Positions 20,725 through 30,100 are shown, counted from the first letter of the stretch. The stretch: 44,421 nt of DNA from a virus (IMGVR_UViG_2529292911_000009), one strand, 5' to 3'. Made by a program: numbers and translations. The notes: generated by a model not told the origin, from the letters alone.

Positions 20725-22482
20725 TTAAAGCGAACGGATGCCCACGCTGACCAGATGTTCAGACAGATCCAGCTCCGGTTCACCACCATTGACCAGCATC
20801 CGGCTCATTGCTGTAAACATCGCAACAGGGCCGTCGATTTTGGCTTCCAGCGTGGATTTATTCGGGAAGATATTGTCGTTTTTGTCCGGTTTTACCGTAA
20901 CGTTAGACATCATCCAGTTCATGACCGGATGATTGCTGTGATGGAAACGCCCGGCATAGACCAGTGATTCCGTTTCCTTCATGGCCTCTGACAGATTGCG
21001 AACCGTCTGCGGAACCTCCACCAGCGGTATCCCTTCTTCAGCCAGTGCCAGGCTGAACTGCATCGCGCTCCACGGGTCAAATCCCAGTTCCCTGAGGTTT
21101 TCACCACCAATCCATTCCAGTAAGTCACTTTTTATCTGAGCATGATCGATAACATCACCATCCGTCAGAATCAGCTTATCCATCTCCGCCCACTTCCGGT
21201 AAAGTTCTGCCTGCTGCCGCGAGCATCGTTCCAGCCGTCCTTCCGGAAGCCAGAATTTAAAATCGGCATGAACATGCCCGTTATCCGTTCGCCAGAGTTT
21301 TGCCGCCGCACAGATATCAATCTTATGAGCAAGGTCAACGCCGACCCACATGGGATACGTTTTCAGCTCATGTCGTGGGGCAATGTATTCGCACTTCTCC
21401 CACTTAATCATGTCCATCCAGGCAGACTCTGCTGTTACCCACACATTCATGTGTTTGGTAAAAAAATTCACCCGCGCAGAGACCTGTTCTTTCGCTTTTT
21501 TCGCCAGGCGACGCAGATCATCCCAGCGTTTACAGATGCCCAGGCCGGGATTCGCTTTCTGCCAGACCGTTTCATCAAACGGATCATCTCCCTCATCGAG
21601 GGTGTAAATAATCGCAAAGTAGGAGTCGTCTTTTACAGCGCCCTCCACATCGCTGTTATAGCCACGCAATACCTTGATGGCGTAATCACGCTGCTCGTAA
21701 CAAATCCCTTCCTTGTTAAACCCTGCCGTGGTGATACCAAATAACAGGGACTGCAGGCGGGCACCGGTTGCCGTTTCCAGAACGTCCCACACGTCGCGGG
21801 TTTTATGTGCATGCAGCTCATCAATAATGGCGCAGTGGATGTTCAGACCATCCAGGTTGTTTGCATCCGAGGAAAGCGGTTCAAATTTTGATGCGCTCTG
21901 CTCCTGGTAAATCGCCAGCTTGTTGAAATCAAACAACCGCCCGAGTGTCGACCGGGCTTTTCTGACCATATTTTTGGCGTCTTCAAACACAATTCTGGCC
22001 TGGTCACGCGTGGTGGCGGCTGAATACACCTCAGCACCGCCTTCACCATCTGCCCCCGTCATATACAGGCCGATACCCGATGACAGAGTTGATTTTGCGT
22101 TTTTACGGGCGACTTCGTTGTACGCCGTCCGGAACCGGCGCACCATCACCGGACGTCCGCTGCCATCGCTGCGCATGACAACTTCCCCGGTCTCTTCATT
22201 CACCAGCGGAATGACAAAACCAAAAATATTAATGAGGATAAATACATGCCAGTCCATCAGTTCAATGGGCTGGCCTGCCAGCGCCCCTTTTACATGAGGC
22301 ACAAATTTGTAGAAATTCAGGATGTGCTGCGCACGGGGTTCACTGAAATAAATCCCCCGCTCTTCGCCGTACTTCAGATCATCAAGAAAACGCTGGCAGG
22401 CCAAGCGGACAAATTCGCCAGCAACAATTTCTCCTGCAACAACACGTTCGGCGTAGCGGATCCCGTCAGCCACTTTTGCCAT
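20725..22482 (-). CDS. terminase large subunit
   Basis: 585 aa with Walker B-like IIDELH and a nuclease-like C-terminal half; follows TerS. Confidence 0.9.
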   Translation of the reverse strand: MAKVADGIRYAERVVAGEIVAGEFVRLACQRFLDDLKYGEERGIYFSEPRAQHILNFYKFVPHVKGALAGQPIELMDWHVFILINIFGFVIPLVNEETGEVVMRSDGSGRPVMVRRFRTAYNEVARKNAKSTLSSGIGLYMTGADGEGGAEVYSAATTRDQARIVFEDAKNMVRKARSTLGRLFDFNKLAIYQEQSASKFEPLSSDANNLDGLNIHCAIIDELHAHKTRDVWDVLETATGARLQSLLFGITTAGFNKEGICYEQRDYAIKVLRGYNSDVEGAVKDDSYFAIIYTLDEGDDPFDETVWQKANPGLGICKRWDDLRRLAKKAKEQVSARVNFFTKHMNVWVTAESAWMDMIKWEKCEYIAPRHELKTYPMWVGVDLAHKIDICAAAKLWRTDNGHVHADFKFWLPEGRLERCSRQQAELYRKWAEMDKLILTDGDVIDHAQIKSDLLEWIGGENLRELGFDPWSAMQFSLALAEEGIPLVEVPQTVRNLSEAMKETESLVYAGRFHHSNHPVMNWMMSNVTVKPDKNDNIFPNKSTLEAKIDGPVAMFTAMSRMLVNGGEPELDLSEHLVSVGIRSL

Positions 22483-22964
22483 CAGTCTCTCGCTTTTAAA
22501 AGCTCCGCCAGCGGATCAACATCATCCGGTCCGGCGATATTTACTTTAGCCCGGCTTGCCGGTGACATACCAAACTCTGCAAGCATTGCCCGGATCCGCT
22601 TCCAGGCATCCGCTTTCATTGCCGCCGCGGGGTGCGCCTTAATCAGTACATCACCGCTCTGCGTTTCCGTGCGGTAGGTATACCCCTCAACATCGAGTGT
22701 TTCGCAGTGATGCCGATATTCGGTGTAGGCTTCCACCAGCAACTCGAGCGCACGCGCATCAAGCTGAGAAATGATCCCTTCCGCATTCAGCTCTTCCGCC
22801 ATTCGCCTGAACCAGTACTTCCCCTGAGCCCCTAAATGCTGCGGAATTTTAGGAAGACCTTTTTCATCCTTTTTAGCGGTTTTTTTGTGGTCTTTAACGG
22901 GGCGCTTTGAGGGGTTGCCTCGAATCAAATGCAGGCGTGGCGGGGTTTTCGGAGGTCCTGACAT
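22482..22964 (-). CDS. terminase small subunit (P27-like)
   Basis: 160 aa basic N-terminus; immediately upstream of and overlapping TerL; HNH gene next to it as in HK97-type packaging modules. Confidence 0.8.
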   Translation of the reverse strand: MSGPPKTPPRLHLIRGNPSKRPVKDHKKTAKKDEKGLPKIPQHLGAQGKYWFRRMAEELNAEGIISQLDARALELLVEAYTEYRHHCETLDVEGYTYRTETQSGDVLIKAHPAAAMKADAWKRIRAMLAEFGMSPASRAKVNIAGPDDVDPLAELLKARD

Positions 22965-23112
22965 AATCGGTCTTACCTATCAATCGTTTGTTCACATTTC
23001 CAAAAAAAAGTTTTCGAACCTGCGGCGATGTGAGGAAGGGTCAGGCGGCGGTACTGAGCAGCCAGGGCGGCAGAGATTTGCCCCGCCCCTCCCCTACAGA
23101 TGAGAACTGTTA
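22965..23112. other. candidate cos region
   Basis: Intergenic gap between HNH and TerS containing a GC-rich segment (aggcggcggtactgag, gccccgcccctcccc) that resembles lambda cosN in composition. Inference from position only. Confidence 0.3.
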
Positions 23113-23463
23113 TCAATTGATGCGTTCGCGCGCTGTTTTTGCTTTATGGCAGGGCCAGCACAGACTCTGCAGGTTACTGTCTGCATCCGTGCCACCATGA
23201 GCTTTCGGAATGATGTGGTCCACAGTTCTGGCTTCAACAGCTCTCCCATTGCGCAGGCAGTTCTGACACAGATGATTATCACGCTTCAGTATGCGCGCAC
23301 GTATGGCATCCCATTTCGAGCCATAGCCACGCTGGTGGCGGCTCAGTCCGCGCTGGTGCTGCACCCAGCCTTCACCCCAATGTTTATCGCAGTAGCCCGA
23401 ACTGTCTGTTGTTGTGCCTGCGCAGCCTCGCTTACGACATGCGCGGGGGATTCGTGATGGCAT
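23113..23463 (-). CDS. HNH endonuclease (packaging-associated)
   Basis: Motif DHIIPKAHGG...N...LCWPCH plus an N-terminal Cys cluster; located next to TerS. Confidence 0.85.
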   Translation of the reverse strand: MPSRIPRACRKRGCAGTTTDSSGYCDKHWGEGWVQHQRGLSRHQRGYGSKWDAIRARILKRDNHLCQNCLRNGRAVEARTVDHIIPKAHGGTDADSNLQSLCWPCHKAKTARERIN

Positions 23464-23884
23464 GGAACTTCGTTCTCCAGCGATTAAAACGTTTCTCTCT
23501 CGGGGATAACATGTATTGCATTCAGTCCCGCCGCCACAGCGTGCTGATTATGTTCATTGACAAGCTGCATTGTTTCATCAAGCAATTCACGACAGCGATT
23601 TGCATTCGTTTCGATGCTCAGCACCAGTGAATGACCCCCACACAACCGCCCATCCAATAAAAATGGAGAGTCAGCAGAAACAATTTCCGATTTTATGGGG
23701 TCAGTTCAACGGAAGGGCTGCTGTAATGCTGTGGACAATACTCCTTTTGTCGCTTACTGGTTGAATATCCTGGTTTTTATGCGCTTTATCCATTGTTAAA
23801 ATACAACCTCAGCCCTCCAGTGTTCGGACACTGTGTGAACAATGAATAAGAGCCTTGGCTGACGGCTCCGCAAAAGGAATGACA

Positions 23885-24094
23885 ATGACAAGCTTTAATA
23901 TAAATTTAAATGTAACAACAAAGGTTGAAACCATTTCTGACGTAGCTTTAGAAATTTCCCGTTTAAAAGTTACGATTGGAATATTATTGGCTAAACTACC
24001 TCCAGAACAGCGTGATTCATTCATTGCAGATCTAAAAGGCGTCGGGCTTAATGAAGAGGCCAGCTTATATAGTAATTTCAACCCAAAGATATAA
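23885..24094 (+). CDS. small hypothetical protein (moron-like, plus strand)
   Basis: AT-rich ORF opposite to the flanking operons, with AAGGA RBS and a strong downstream terminator. ATG choice among 23879/23885 is uncertain. Confidence 0.5.
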   Translation: MTSFNINLNVTTKVETISDVALEISRLKVTIGILLAKLPPEQRDSFIADLKGVGLNEEASLYSNFNPKI

Positions 24095-24115
24095 TCTGAA
24101 TCCATCGTTTACAGG

Positions 24116-24152
24116 AGCGGGGAGGGAGCACCTCCCCCCTTTTCTTTATTTG
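24116..24152 (+). terminator. intrinsic terminator
   Basis: GC hairpin ggggagg...cctcccc followed by TTTTCTTTATTT. Confidence 0.7.
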
Positions 24153-24332
24153 GTGTATGTAATATTTCCTTTTAAGTAAAACGCTCCCGTATTATCAAAT
24201 GCGCCCTCAGGTTTTTTATTGAGAATTTTTAATAATTTTGACTTCATAGCAATATTAAAAATCTTTGGGAAAAGAAACATATTTCCTCCTGAATAAATAT
24301 GCGAGGATGAATTGAGTTCACTTTATCTAACC

Positions 24333-24512
24333 TCACTGCATACACTGCCGGATGCCATCAATCAGTTGGCAGGCCTGAGAAGCAGCGTCAAAAAACTGGC
24401 GCGCCTTATCCAGGCTAACGCATCCCGCCAATAAAAAAGGCACCAGTATCGCTACCAGTGCCCATTTCGCCGCCGTTCGCGGCATTCTGTGTGTCCAGTG
24501 TTTTCTGCTCAT
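24333..24512 (-). CDS. small lipoprotein at the end of the lysis cassette (possible o-spanin-like or exclusion lipoprotein)
   Basis: Basic N-terminus, hydrophobic core WALVAILVPFLL, lipobox LAG-C, mature part about 29 aa with 3 Cys. AGGTG RBS. Confidence 0.55.
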   Translation of the reverse strand: MSRKHWTHRMPRTAAKWALVAILVPFLLAGCVSLDKARQFFDAASQACQLIDGIRQCMQ

Positions 24513-24526
24513 AACACACCTGGTTA

Positions 24527-24910
24527 TCAGCGTTTCAACTGAAAGTGAGGCCCGTCTTTCAGTGTTTTCCAGTCCCCGCCCCATTCGATGGCAGTTCCCA
24601 GCTCTGCGGCAGCCTGCTTAAATGCCTGCGCGATTTTCTCGTACAGAGGCCAGTCCCATGACACCTGGCTGCCAATGTAGGCCACAACATCCACCGCATC
24701 ACCGGTCAGGTGGCGGCTGTTCATGGTCTGGCTTTTCCCTTCCGCGACCAGCTGTTTCTGGCGATACTTACTGCGCAGGCCTTCCGTAATACCGAAATCA
24801 ACCTCCGTCAGTTCCAGCGCACGGCGAACGACAGCAACCAGCTGTGGTTTGACGCCCTCCAGATTCTTTTCGCTGCGACGACTAAATCTGAATTTACCCG
24901 ACATACTCAC
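24527..24910 (-). CDS. endolysin, peptidase M15 family (L-alanyl-D-glutamate peptidase-like)
   Basis: Zinc-site motifs SRHLTGDAVD and DGPHFQ; 127 aa; lies downstream of the membrane-protein genes. Confidence 0.75.
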   Translation of the reverse strand: MSMSGKFRFSRRSEKNLEGVKPQLVAVVRRALELTEVDFGITEGLRSKYRQKQLVAEGKSQTMNSRHLTGDAVDVVAYIGSQVSWDWPLYEKIAQAFKQAAAELGTAIEWGGDWKTLKDGPHFQLKR

Positions 24911-25185
24911 CTCAACAATGGAAAAATTCTTGCGACGTTCCCGCGTGCGCGTATTACCAGCACGCAGAACAGCAGATTAAAAAACACTTCCAGCCAGCCC
25001 GTTGCTAATGGGCGACCACACAGATAGCTGAGGGGCGCAAAGGCATACAGCAGCATCAGCAGCCAGGCCAGCCATGACATCAGCGGTTTATGTCTGGAAT
25101 CACGGCGACGATAAAAAAAGAGCGTCAGCACGATAACCGTGCATAACGCCACATTCAGCAATCCGGGAAGGTTACTTAACATTGC
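24907..25185 (-). CDS. lysis-associated membrane protein (holin or antiholin candidate)
   Basis: About 92 aa with 3 predicted transmembrane segments; overlapping start/stop with neighbours. Confidence 0.5.
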   Translation of the reverse strand, partial: AMLSNLPGLLNVALCTVIVLTLFFYRRRDSRHKPLMSWLAWLLMLLYAFAPLSYLCGRPLATGWLEVFFNLLFCVLVIRARGNVARIFPLLR

Positions 25186-25564
25186 CGCCTCCTCCACCCC
25201 GCAGGCGGGAGAACAGGCCGGACACCAGCGATGCAATATCCTGCTGGTGGATGAACGACAGAATCTTCACCGACACCACTGACACCAGCACTGCACACAA
25301 TGCGTCGACAGGCGCTCCGTCAAACCCTGTATGCTTTACCAGCCAGGATGCCAGAACCTCTGCGCCCAGCACACCGATAATGAACGACACCAGAAAATGC
25401 GCCGCCACACGCCAGGCTGAAAGCGCCTGCGGCATCGTTGCCACAAATAACGCCCCGGCGAACGCACCAAACACAATCCCGAAATCCGTTCCGGTAAACA
25501 ACCCGTACACCGTCGCCCCGCCGAGCGCCGCAGCCGTGCCGGAACCGGATAAGGGTTCAGACAT
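25172..25564 (-). CDS. putative holin
   Basis: About 130 aa with several hydrophobic helices and a Gly-rich charged C-terminus; first gene after the late terminators; AGGAG RBS. Start taken at MSEPL. Confidence 0.5.
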   Translation of the reverse strand: MSEPLSGSGTAAALGGATVYGLFTGTDFGIVFGAFAGALFVATMPQALSAWRVAAHFLVSFIIGVLGAEVLASWLVKHTGFDGAPVDALCAVLVSVVSVKILSFIHQQDIASLVSGLFSRLRGGGGGNVK

Positions 25565-25580
25565 ACTTTTTCTCCTGTAA

Positions 25581-25606
25581 ATAAAAAAGGGCCACCAGCG
25601 GCCCGT
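25581..25606 (-). terminator. intrinsic terminator immediately upstream of the lysis genes
   Basis: Minus strand gggccgctggtggccc hairpin followed by TTTTTTATTT. Confidence 0.7.
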
Positions 25607-25923
25607 AAAAAAACACCCCATCAAAGACACCCGCAGATGCCTTTTATGTGGTGTTATCTGATGTGATGTGCGCCTGACGTGGCTCGGAGAAAATGAAATA
25701 AAGCTTATCTGAAATTAAGGTTAATCCGGGGATTTAAACCATTTTTAAAGCTTAGTAATATCAAATCGTCTCCTGGAGGAGACTGATGCTTATTCTTCTT
25801 CACGGACTTTGTCCCGCGGCGTTAATCCGACAGCCGCGCTTTTTTTGCGCTCAGTTCATTATTAGCTTTCATGGCCTTGCCACACGGGTAATATCAATGC
25901 CCGTGTATTCTTTTCTGAGTTCA

Positions 25924-25954
25924 GAATAAAAAAACCGCCCGATAGAGGCGGTTA
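25924..25954 (-). terminator. intrinsic terminator downstream of the tRNA array
   Basis: Minus strand aaccgcctctatcgggcggtt hairpin followed by TTTTTTTATTCTG. Confidence 0.75.
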
Positions 25955-26220
25955 AGGATGCATTTCCAGGTTTTGCTTAATATATGATTAATCTCAATGT
26001 CATGGTGTTATTTACAACACCAGAATGATGCATCATCGGCCCCTGCCAGAAACATTGCAAATCTCTACCAATAATGCACCATTCCGGTGACGTAAAAAAT
26101 GGCACTGGTGCTGCAAGCGATATCACTCCTTACAGTACAGGGCGAGGTAAGGAGTCAGGAAAAACGCCCCACATAAAATGTGTCAGTGCCTAACACAACC
26201 TAGTATCAATCGTCCTCTGC

Positions 26221-26295
<75 letters not shown>

Positions 26296-26298
26296 ATA

Positions 26299-26374
<76 letters not shown>

Positions 26375-26376
26375 AC

Positions 26377-26453
26377 TGGACCGCCACCGGGGACTCGAAC
26401 CTCGCACACTCAACTTAAAGGGTTGACGCTCTTTCCTGATGAGCTAGTGGCGG
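26377..26453 (-). tRNA. tRNA-like gene, anticodon loop CCUUUAA (nominally Lys UUU), atypical
   Basis: Cloverleaf can be drawn (acceptor CCGCCAC/GTGGCGG, D stem GCTC/GAGC, T loop TTCGAGT, CCA) but it has C at position 33, C1-G72, U73 and one T-stem mismatch. Confidence 0.45.
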
Positions 26454-26454
26454 C

Positions 26455-26530
26455 TGGTGGCCCTTGCTGGATTTGAACCAGCGACCTGGCGATTATGAGT
26501 CGCTCGCTCTCACCACTGAGCTAAAGGGCC
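26455..26530 (-). tRNA. tRNA with CAU anticodon, ileX-like (tRNA-Ile2 lysidine type) or Met
   Basis: Acceptor GGCCCTT, anticodon loop CUCAUAA, T loop TTCAAAT. Closely resembles E. coli ileX as recalled. Confidence 0.7.
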
Positions 26531-26629
26531 GGGCGCAGGATAATAACGTTACGAAATCAATGTTGCAAGCATTCAAAAATCACCCTTATCTCCTCCACCA
26601 GCGCATTCACCATGTCTATCCGAGATAAG

Positions 26630-26659
26630 TGGCACAAAAAACCCGCTTGTGGGCGGGTT
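26630..26659 (-). terminator. intrinsic terminator just downstream of the Q-like gene (tR'-like)
   Basis: Minus strand aaacccgcccacaagcgggttt hairpin followed by TTTTTTG. Confidence 0.6.
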
Positions 26660-26724
26660 TTGTTTGCTTTTGCCATCACGTACAAAATCGGCAAAATATC
26701 AGATTTGCATGAAATATATGCCTT

Positions 26725-27420
26725 TCAATCTACTTTTGCAACACTTTGCTTTGAAAATGCCGCCTTTTGTTTTGAACGTGTTCTCATTACAAACAATAAA
26801 GCCTCACTATCAAGTCGGTGAAAAATGTGTTTCATTGCAACCCAGTGACGAGTAAATGTTTTGGACCAGTTTTTAGTTGTCACTCCCGCCAGTAATGCCA
26901 GCTCCTGGTATTCATAACCTTCCCCACCAAAAAGTTCTGCTTTTAATGCCTGCGCCGCCAGCCAGATTAATTTTTTCAGGCGTTCCTGCGTTTTCCCTGC
27001 AATTTTTCTGGTACCGGATTGAGTATTAAATTCATTCCACGCCCACTGTGTTATCGCGATCTGATATTCCCAACAAATACTCCCGCTGTAACACCACAAC
27101 AACCAGGCTTTATGATGTTCTTCAAGAGACAGAACTGCCCGTCGCCATGATGATGTCGAAAACTCAACCTGACTTACCAGAGCAATTGATGAGCCTTTCG
27201 CCAGTGATTGTTTTCCCGGTATCGGTGGACTATCCCGCGTTATCATTCTTCCAGTCACTTCATCGCGGTACCGGATTTTTTTACGCCTGTAACGCCCTGT
27301 ATCAAACATGGCATTCTCCTGCCAGGCTTCAAGCTGACCTTTTGTTGCCCCACTCAAATCAGCGGTAGCGATAATGAGCTGCTCACGCACAAACTGTAAA
27401 TACTGGTTATTCATGCGCAC
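26725..27420 (-). CDS. putative late-gene antiterminator (Q-like)
   Basis: 231 aa, between rusA and the late terminators/tRNAs/lysis genes, the canonical Q position. Family not confirmed from sequence. Confidence 0.45.
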   Translation of the reverse strand: MRMNNQYLQFVREQLIIATADLSGATKGQLEAWQENAMFDTGRYRRKKIRYRDEVTGRMITRDSPPIPGKQSLAKGSSIALVSQVEFSTSSWRRAVLSLEEHHKAWLLWCYSGSICWEYQIAITQWAWNEFNTQSGTRKIAGKTQERLKKLIWLAAQALKAELFGGEGYEYQELALLAGVTTKNWSKTFTRHWVAMKHIFHRLDSEALLFVMRTRSKQKAAFSKQSVAKVD

Positions 27421-27770
27421 TCCAGTTCTGTGATTTTTATCCCCAGCCGACCACCAGGAACAGGCAGTCCGCGCACAATATTGATTTCATCAAACTGCTC
27501 GTCGTCTATGAGAAGTCCGGCATGCGTCAGCGCATCCAGTGGTGCCTTCAGGATATTGTCCAGGTCGCGGCGGCGCTTATCCGGTGGCTCTGCAATAATT
27601 TTTATTGCCAGCCTTCCGGACAGGTTTAATTTCAACCGCTGCTGGCGAACAATTAGTGCCACATCACGGCGATAACGCTCACCGACTTTTGATACAAAAT
27701 ATGTGTTGCCACGACGTCGCCAGTAAGTATTCACCGTCGGCGGATAAGGCAAAACAAACTCTATACGCAT
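27411..27770 (-). CDS. rusA: Holliday junction resolvase RusA
   Basis: 119 aa; motifs PPTVNTYW, KRRRDLDNILKAPLDALT and GGRLGIKITE match the RusA family. Confidence 0.85.
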   Translation of the reverse strand: MRIEFVLPYPPTVNTYWRRRGNTYFVSKVGERYRRDVALIVRQQRLKLNLSGRLAIKIIAEPPDKRRRDLDNILKAPLDALTHAGLLIDDEQFDEINIVRGLPVPGGRLGIKITELECA

Positions 27771-27782
27771 CAGTAACCTCTT

Positions 27783-28904
27783 TTACCCGAGCACGCCGGT
27801 TGCAAAGGCGTGATCAAGAAAACGAAAAATTAAATCAACCTGGGAACCATGCTTTTCTTCGAACGCCAGCGGATCCGCATGAAGTTCGTTGTGATGTTCC
27901 CGGCACAACGGTAGCGTGAAAATATCGTGGGCCTTTGTTCCCATCCCTCCCTGACCGTGACCAATCAGGTGATGGGGATCGTCGGCTGGCTGACCACAAC
28001 ACGCACACGGCTGTGTCTTCACCCAGCGCGTATATTTCTCATTTACCCAACGGCGACGTTTAGGTCGCCTCATGAAAGATTCCGGAGACTCCGGATCAAC
28101 GGTGATGCATACCACCGTCTTTTCCTGTGGTGGGTTCTGTTGCTGGTGGGCATGAGGCAACGGCGCAAGATTTTTTGTGCGCTGCTTCAGTATGCTGGTG
28201 GCGGTCTGCTCTCCCGGTACGATGTCGCTTTCGCGGTACAAGGAGCGGATTTTTTCCGCACGTACCCCCAGAGAACGACGTAATACTGCCTCCGGAAGCG
28301 CGTCCGCCACCTGATTGCAGACCGCCCACCAAGATAATTCAGCCAGCGACAATTCCCGCTCCTGCGTGCCATTCATTGCATGGCGTATGACGTCAATCAT
28401 CCATGCTGACAGGTTTTGATGAGCAAGTTGCCCGAGTGATTCGGATGTCTGGTCACGCAACTGGTTGTCGCAGTGCCAGCACAACACCATCGCGCTGGTA
28501 CCGTAACGATGTATGACGATTTCACTGTGATGATAGTCACCATGAGGCCACTGGCAGGATTTGACATGACGCAACAGCCAGTCAGACAGTGCCCCAGCGC
28601 CGCCAGCAGCACGAATCACCCGCTCATCGCTGAAAAATGGCAGTAATGATTTATCCTCCGCCAGCGGCTGGCGAACGGCAGGGACGACTCCGGACGGCAG
28701 ACCGCGCATGCTTTTCGGTTCAGGCTCCACCAGCACTCGAGGGTTATGAAATACTTGCATGGATTCACGGCCCGGCCTAAGGACCACCAGCCCGAGTTCC
28801 GGTACCAGAACAGGTCGAAGTAATATCCGCACGTTACCTCCAGATCCGTTGCTGGTATGTGCGGGATGGGTGCGGTGGGCGTTCGGAATAAGGGAGCCTG
28901 ACAT
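27783..28904 (-). CDS. DUF968/YdfU-like protein with C-terminal HNH-like zinc-binding motif
   Basis: C-terminus CACCG...DPHHLIGHG...LCREHHNELH. Start uncertain (28904 or 28760). Family name is from recollection. Confidence 0.45.
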   Translation of the reverse strand: MSGSLIPNAHRTHPAHTSNGSGGNVRILLRPVLVPELGLVVLRPGRESMQVFHNPRVLVEPEPKSMRGLPSGVVPAVRQPLAEDKSLLPFFSDERVIRAAGGAGALSDWLLRHVKSCQWPHGDYHHSEIVIHRYGTSAMVLCWHCDNQLRDQTSESLGQLAHQNLSAWMIDVIRHAMNGTQERELSLAELSWWAVCNQVADALPEAVLRRSLGVRAEKIRSLYRESDIVPGEQTATSILKQRTKNLAPLPHAHQQQNPPQEKTVVCITVDPESPESFMRRPKRRRWVNEKYTRWVKTQPCACCGQPADDPHHLIGHGQGGMGTKAHDIFTLPLCREHHNELHADPLAFEEKHGSQVDLIFRFLDHAFATGVLG

Positions 28905-29112
28905 AGATTATCCAGTGACGATAATCGAGGCTGAGGGCTTTCTTAATCTCGTATCCGCGTCTGCGATAGTTATGAATTAGCCATTCGGCCTGTTCTTCAG
29001 TACATGGGTCATGCTGGAACCAGTCAGATTTGAAAGTGCGGGAACGCCGCCCGTGCCTGCTGGCAAAGACGGCAGAATCATCAGAATTGTGTAATTTGGT
29101 ATCGTGCGCCAT
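28834..29112 (-). CDS. hypothetical protein
   Basis: ORF downstream of a strong terminator, start taken at MAHDT; no recognisable motif. Confidence 0.35.
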   Translation of the reverse strand: MAHDTKLHNSDDSAVFASRHGRRSRTFKSDWFQHDPCTEEQAEWLIHNYRRRGYEIKKALSLDYRHWIIYVRLPYSERPPHPSRTYQQRIWR

Positions 29113-29182
29113 CGGTTGTCTCTGCTGGCGCAGCAGGTGCCAGTTGTTCAGGCTGGCGTGCGAATTGTAAACCAGAATGCCA

Positions 29183-29211
29183 GGAAAAAACAAAACCCGC
29201 CGAAGCGGGTA
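29183..29211 (-). terminator. intrinsic terminator
   Basis: Minus strand acccgc-ttcg-gcgggt hairpin followed by TTTTGTTTTTT. Confidence 0.7.
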
Positions 29212-29408
29212 TGCTAAAACAAACTGAAAGTAATATACCGGACTTGTAAAGGAACGATAGAATAATTATTGGATTAAACCCTGACTCAATCCAGATTTCA
29301 TAGACAACAACTACGGACTAATCATCACAGTCATGTTTGATAGACTTAGTCCACATTGGGTGAGGGTTTACGGCGTTTTCACTAATAATTTATCGTCCAA
29401 GCTATACA

Positions 29409-29801
29409 CTACTGCCCTGTTTTAACGAAGTTTTTAAAGGAAACAACTGCCTGATAGGGGTTTGGTTGACAGCCAAACATATTATCGCAAAAAGGCTTGA
29501 TGAAAATTCTTGAGGATCCATCTTCATTTGGCATTTTACTCACTTGATAAGCGAGGAATGGACTATTTGGAGAGGGATTATAAGTGGAAATTAGCGTGTC
29601 TGTCGCCGTTTGAATTTTCCATGAGGAATTATTAGCCAACCAGAATTGCGCTCGTTTCCAATAAAAGTCACATTGCTTTTCATCATTACATGTTAGTGGC
29701 TTCATTGCTTCTGCTTTCAACGCTGGATCGACCTTTGCTGCACACCCTCCCAACATTACTGTTGCAATCATTACACCTGCGACTAAAACAAGTTTCTTCA
29801 T
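29409..29801 (-). CDS. lipoprotein (moron candidate)
   Basis: Signal peptide MKKLVLVAGVMIATVMLGG-C with lipobox, Cys-rich mature domain, AT-rich codon usage unlike neighbours, terminator downstream. Confidence 0.6.
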   Translation of the reverse strand: MKKLVLVAGVMIATVMLGGCAAKVDPALKAEAMKPLTCNDEKQCDFYWKRAQFWLANNSSWKIQTATDTLISTYNPSPNSPFLAYQVSKMPNEDGSSRIFIKPFCDNMFGCQPNPYQAVVSFKNFVKTGQ

Positions 29802-29944
29802 CTCCCTGCCCCATCAATAAAAGTTCGGTTCTCTAATAACTAGAGTTAATCAACGGAAAAAACGCCGAAGCGGGTTAAGTGCGGGTGCGTTGAGGATGCC
29901 TGACACATCAGAGGTGGCGAGGGATTTCTCCCCCGCCAGGTCTC

Positions 29945-30100
29945 TTACTCCTCAGGTTCGTAAGCTGTGAAGACAGCGACCTCCGTCTGGCCGGTTCGGA
30001 TTCGTACCTCGCAGAGGTCTTTCCTCGTTACCAGTACCGTCACTATGACGGTTAAACAGATGACGATCAGGGCGATTAACATCGCCTTTTGCTGCTTCAT
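29945..30100 (-). CDS. hok: Hok/Gef-family type I toxin
   Basis: MKQQKAMLIALIVICLTVIVTVLVTRKDLCEVRIRTGQTEVAVFTAYEPEE is a typical Hok (close to hokD/relF as recalled); an in-frame upstream extension to 30157 resembles mok. Confidence 0.85.
   Translation of the reverse strand: MKQQKAMLIALIVICLTVIVTVLVTRKDLCEVRIRTGQTEVAVFTAYEPEE

Noticed and set aside
28096-28612. Small ORFs on both strands within the DUF968-like gene
   Set aside because: Overlapping frame artefacts inside a longer, better-supported ORF.
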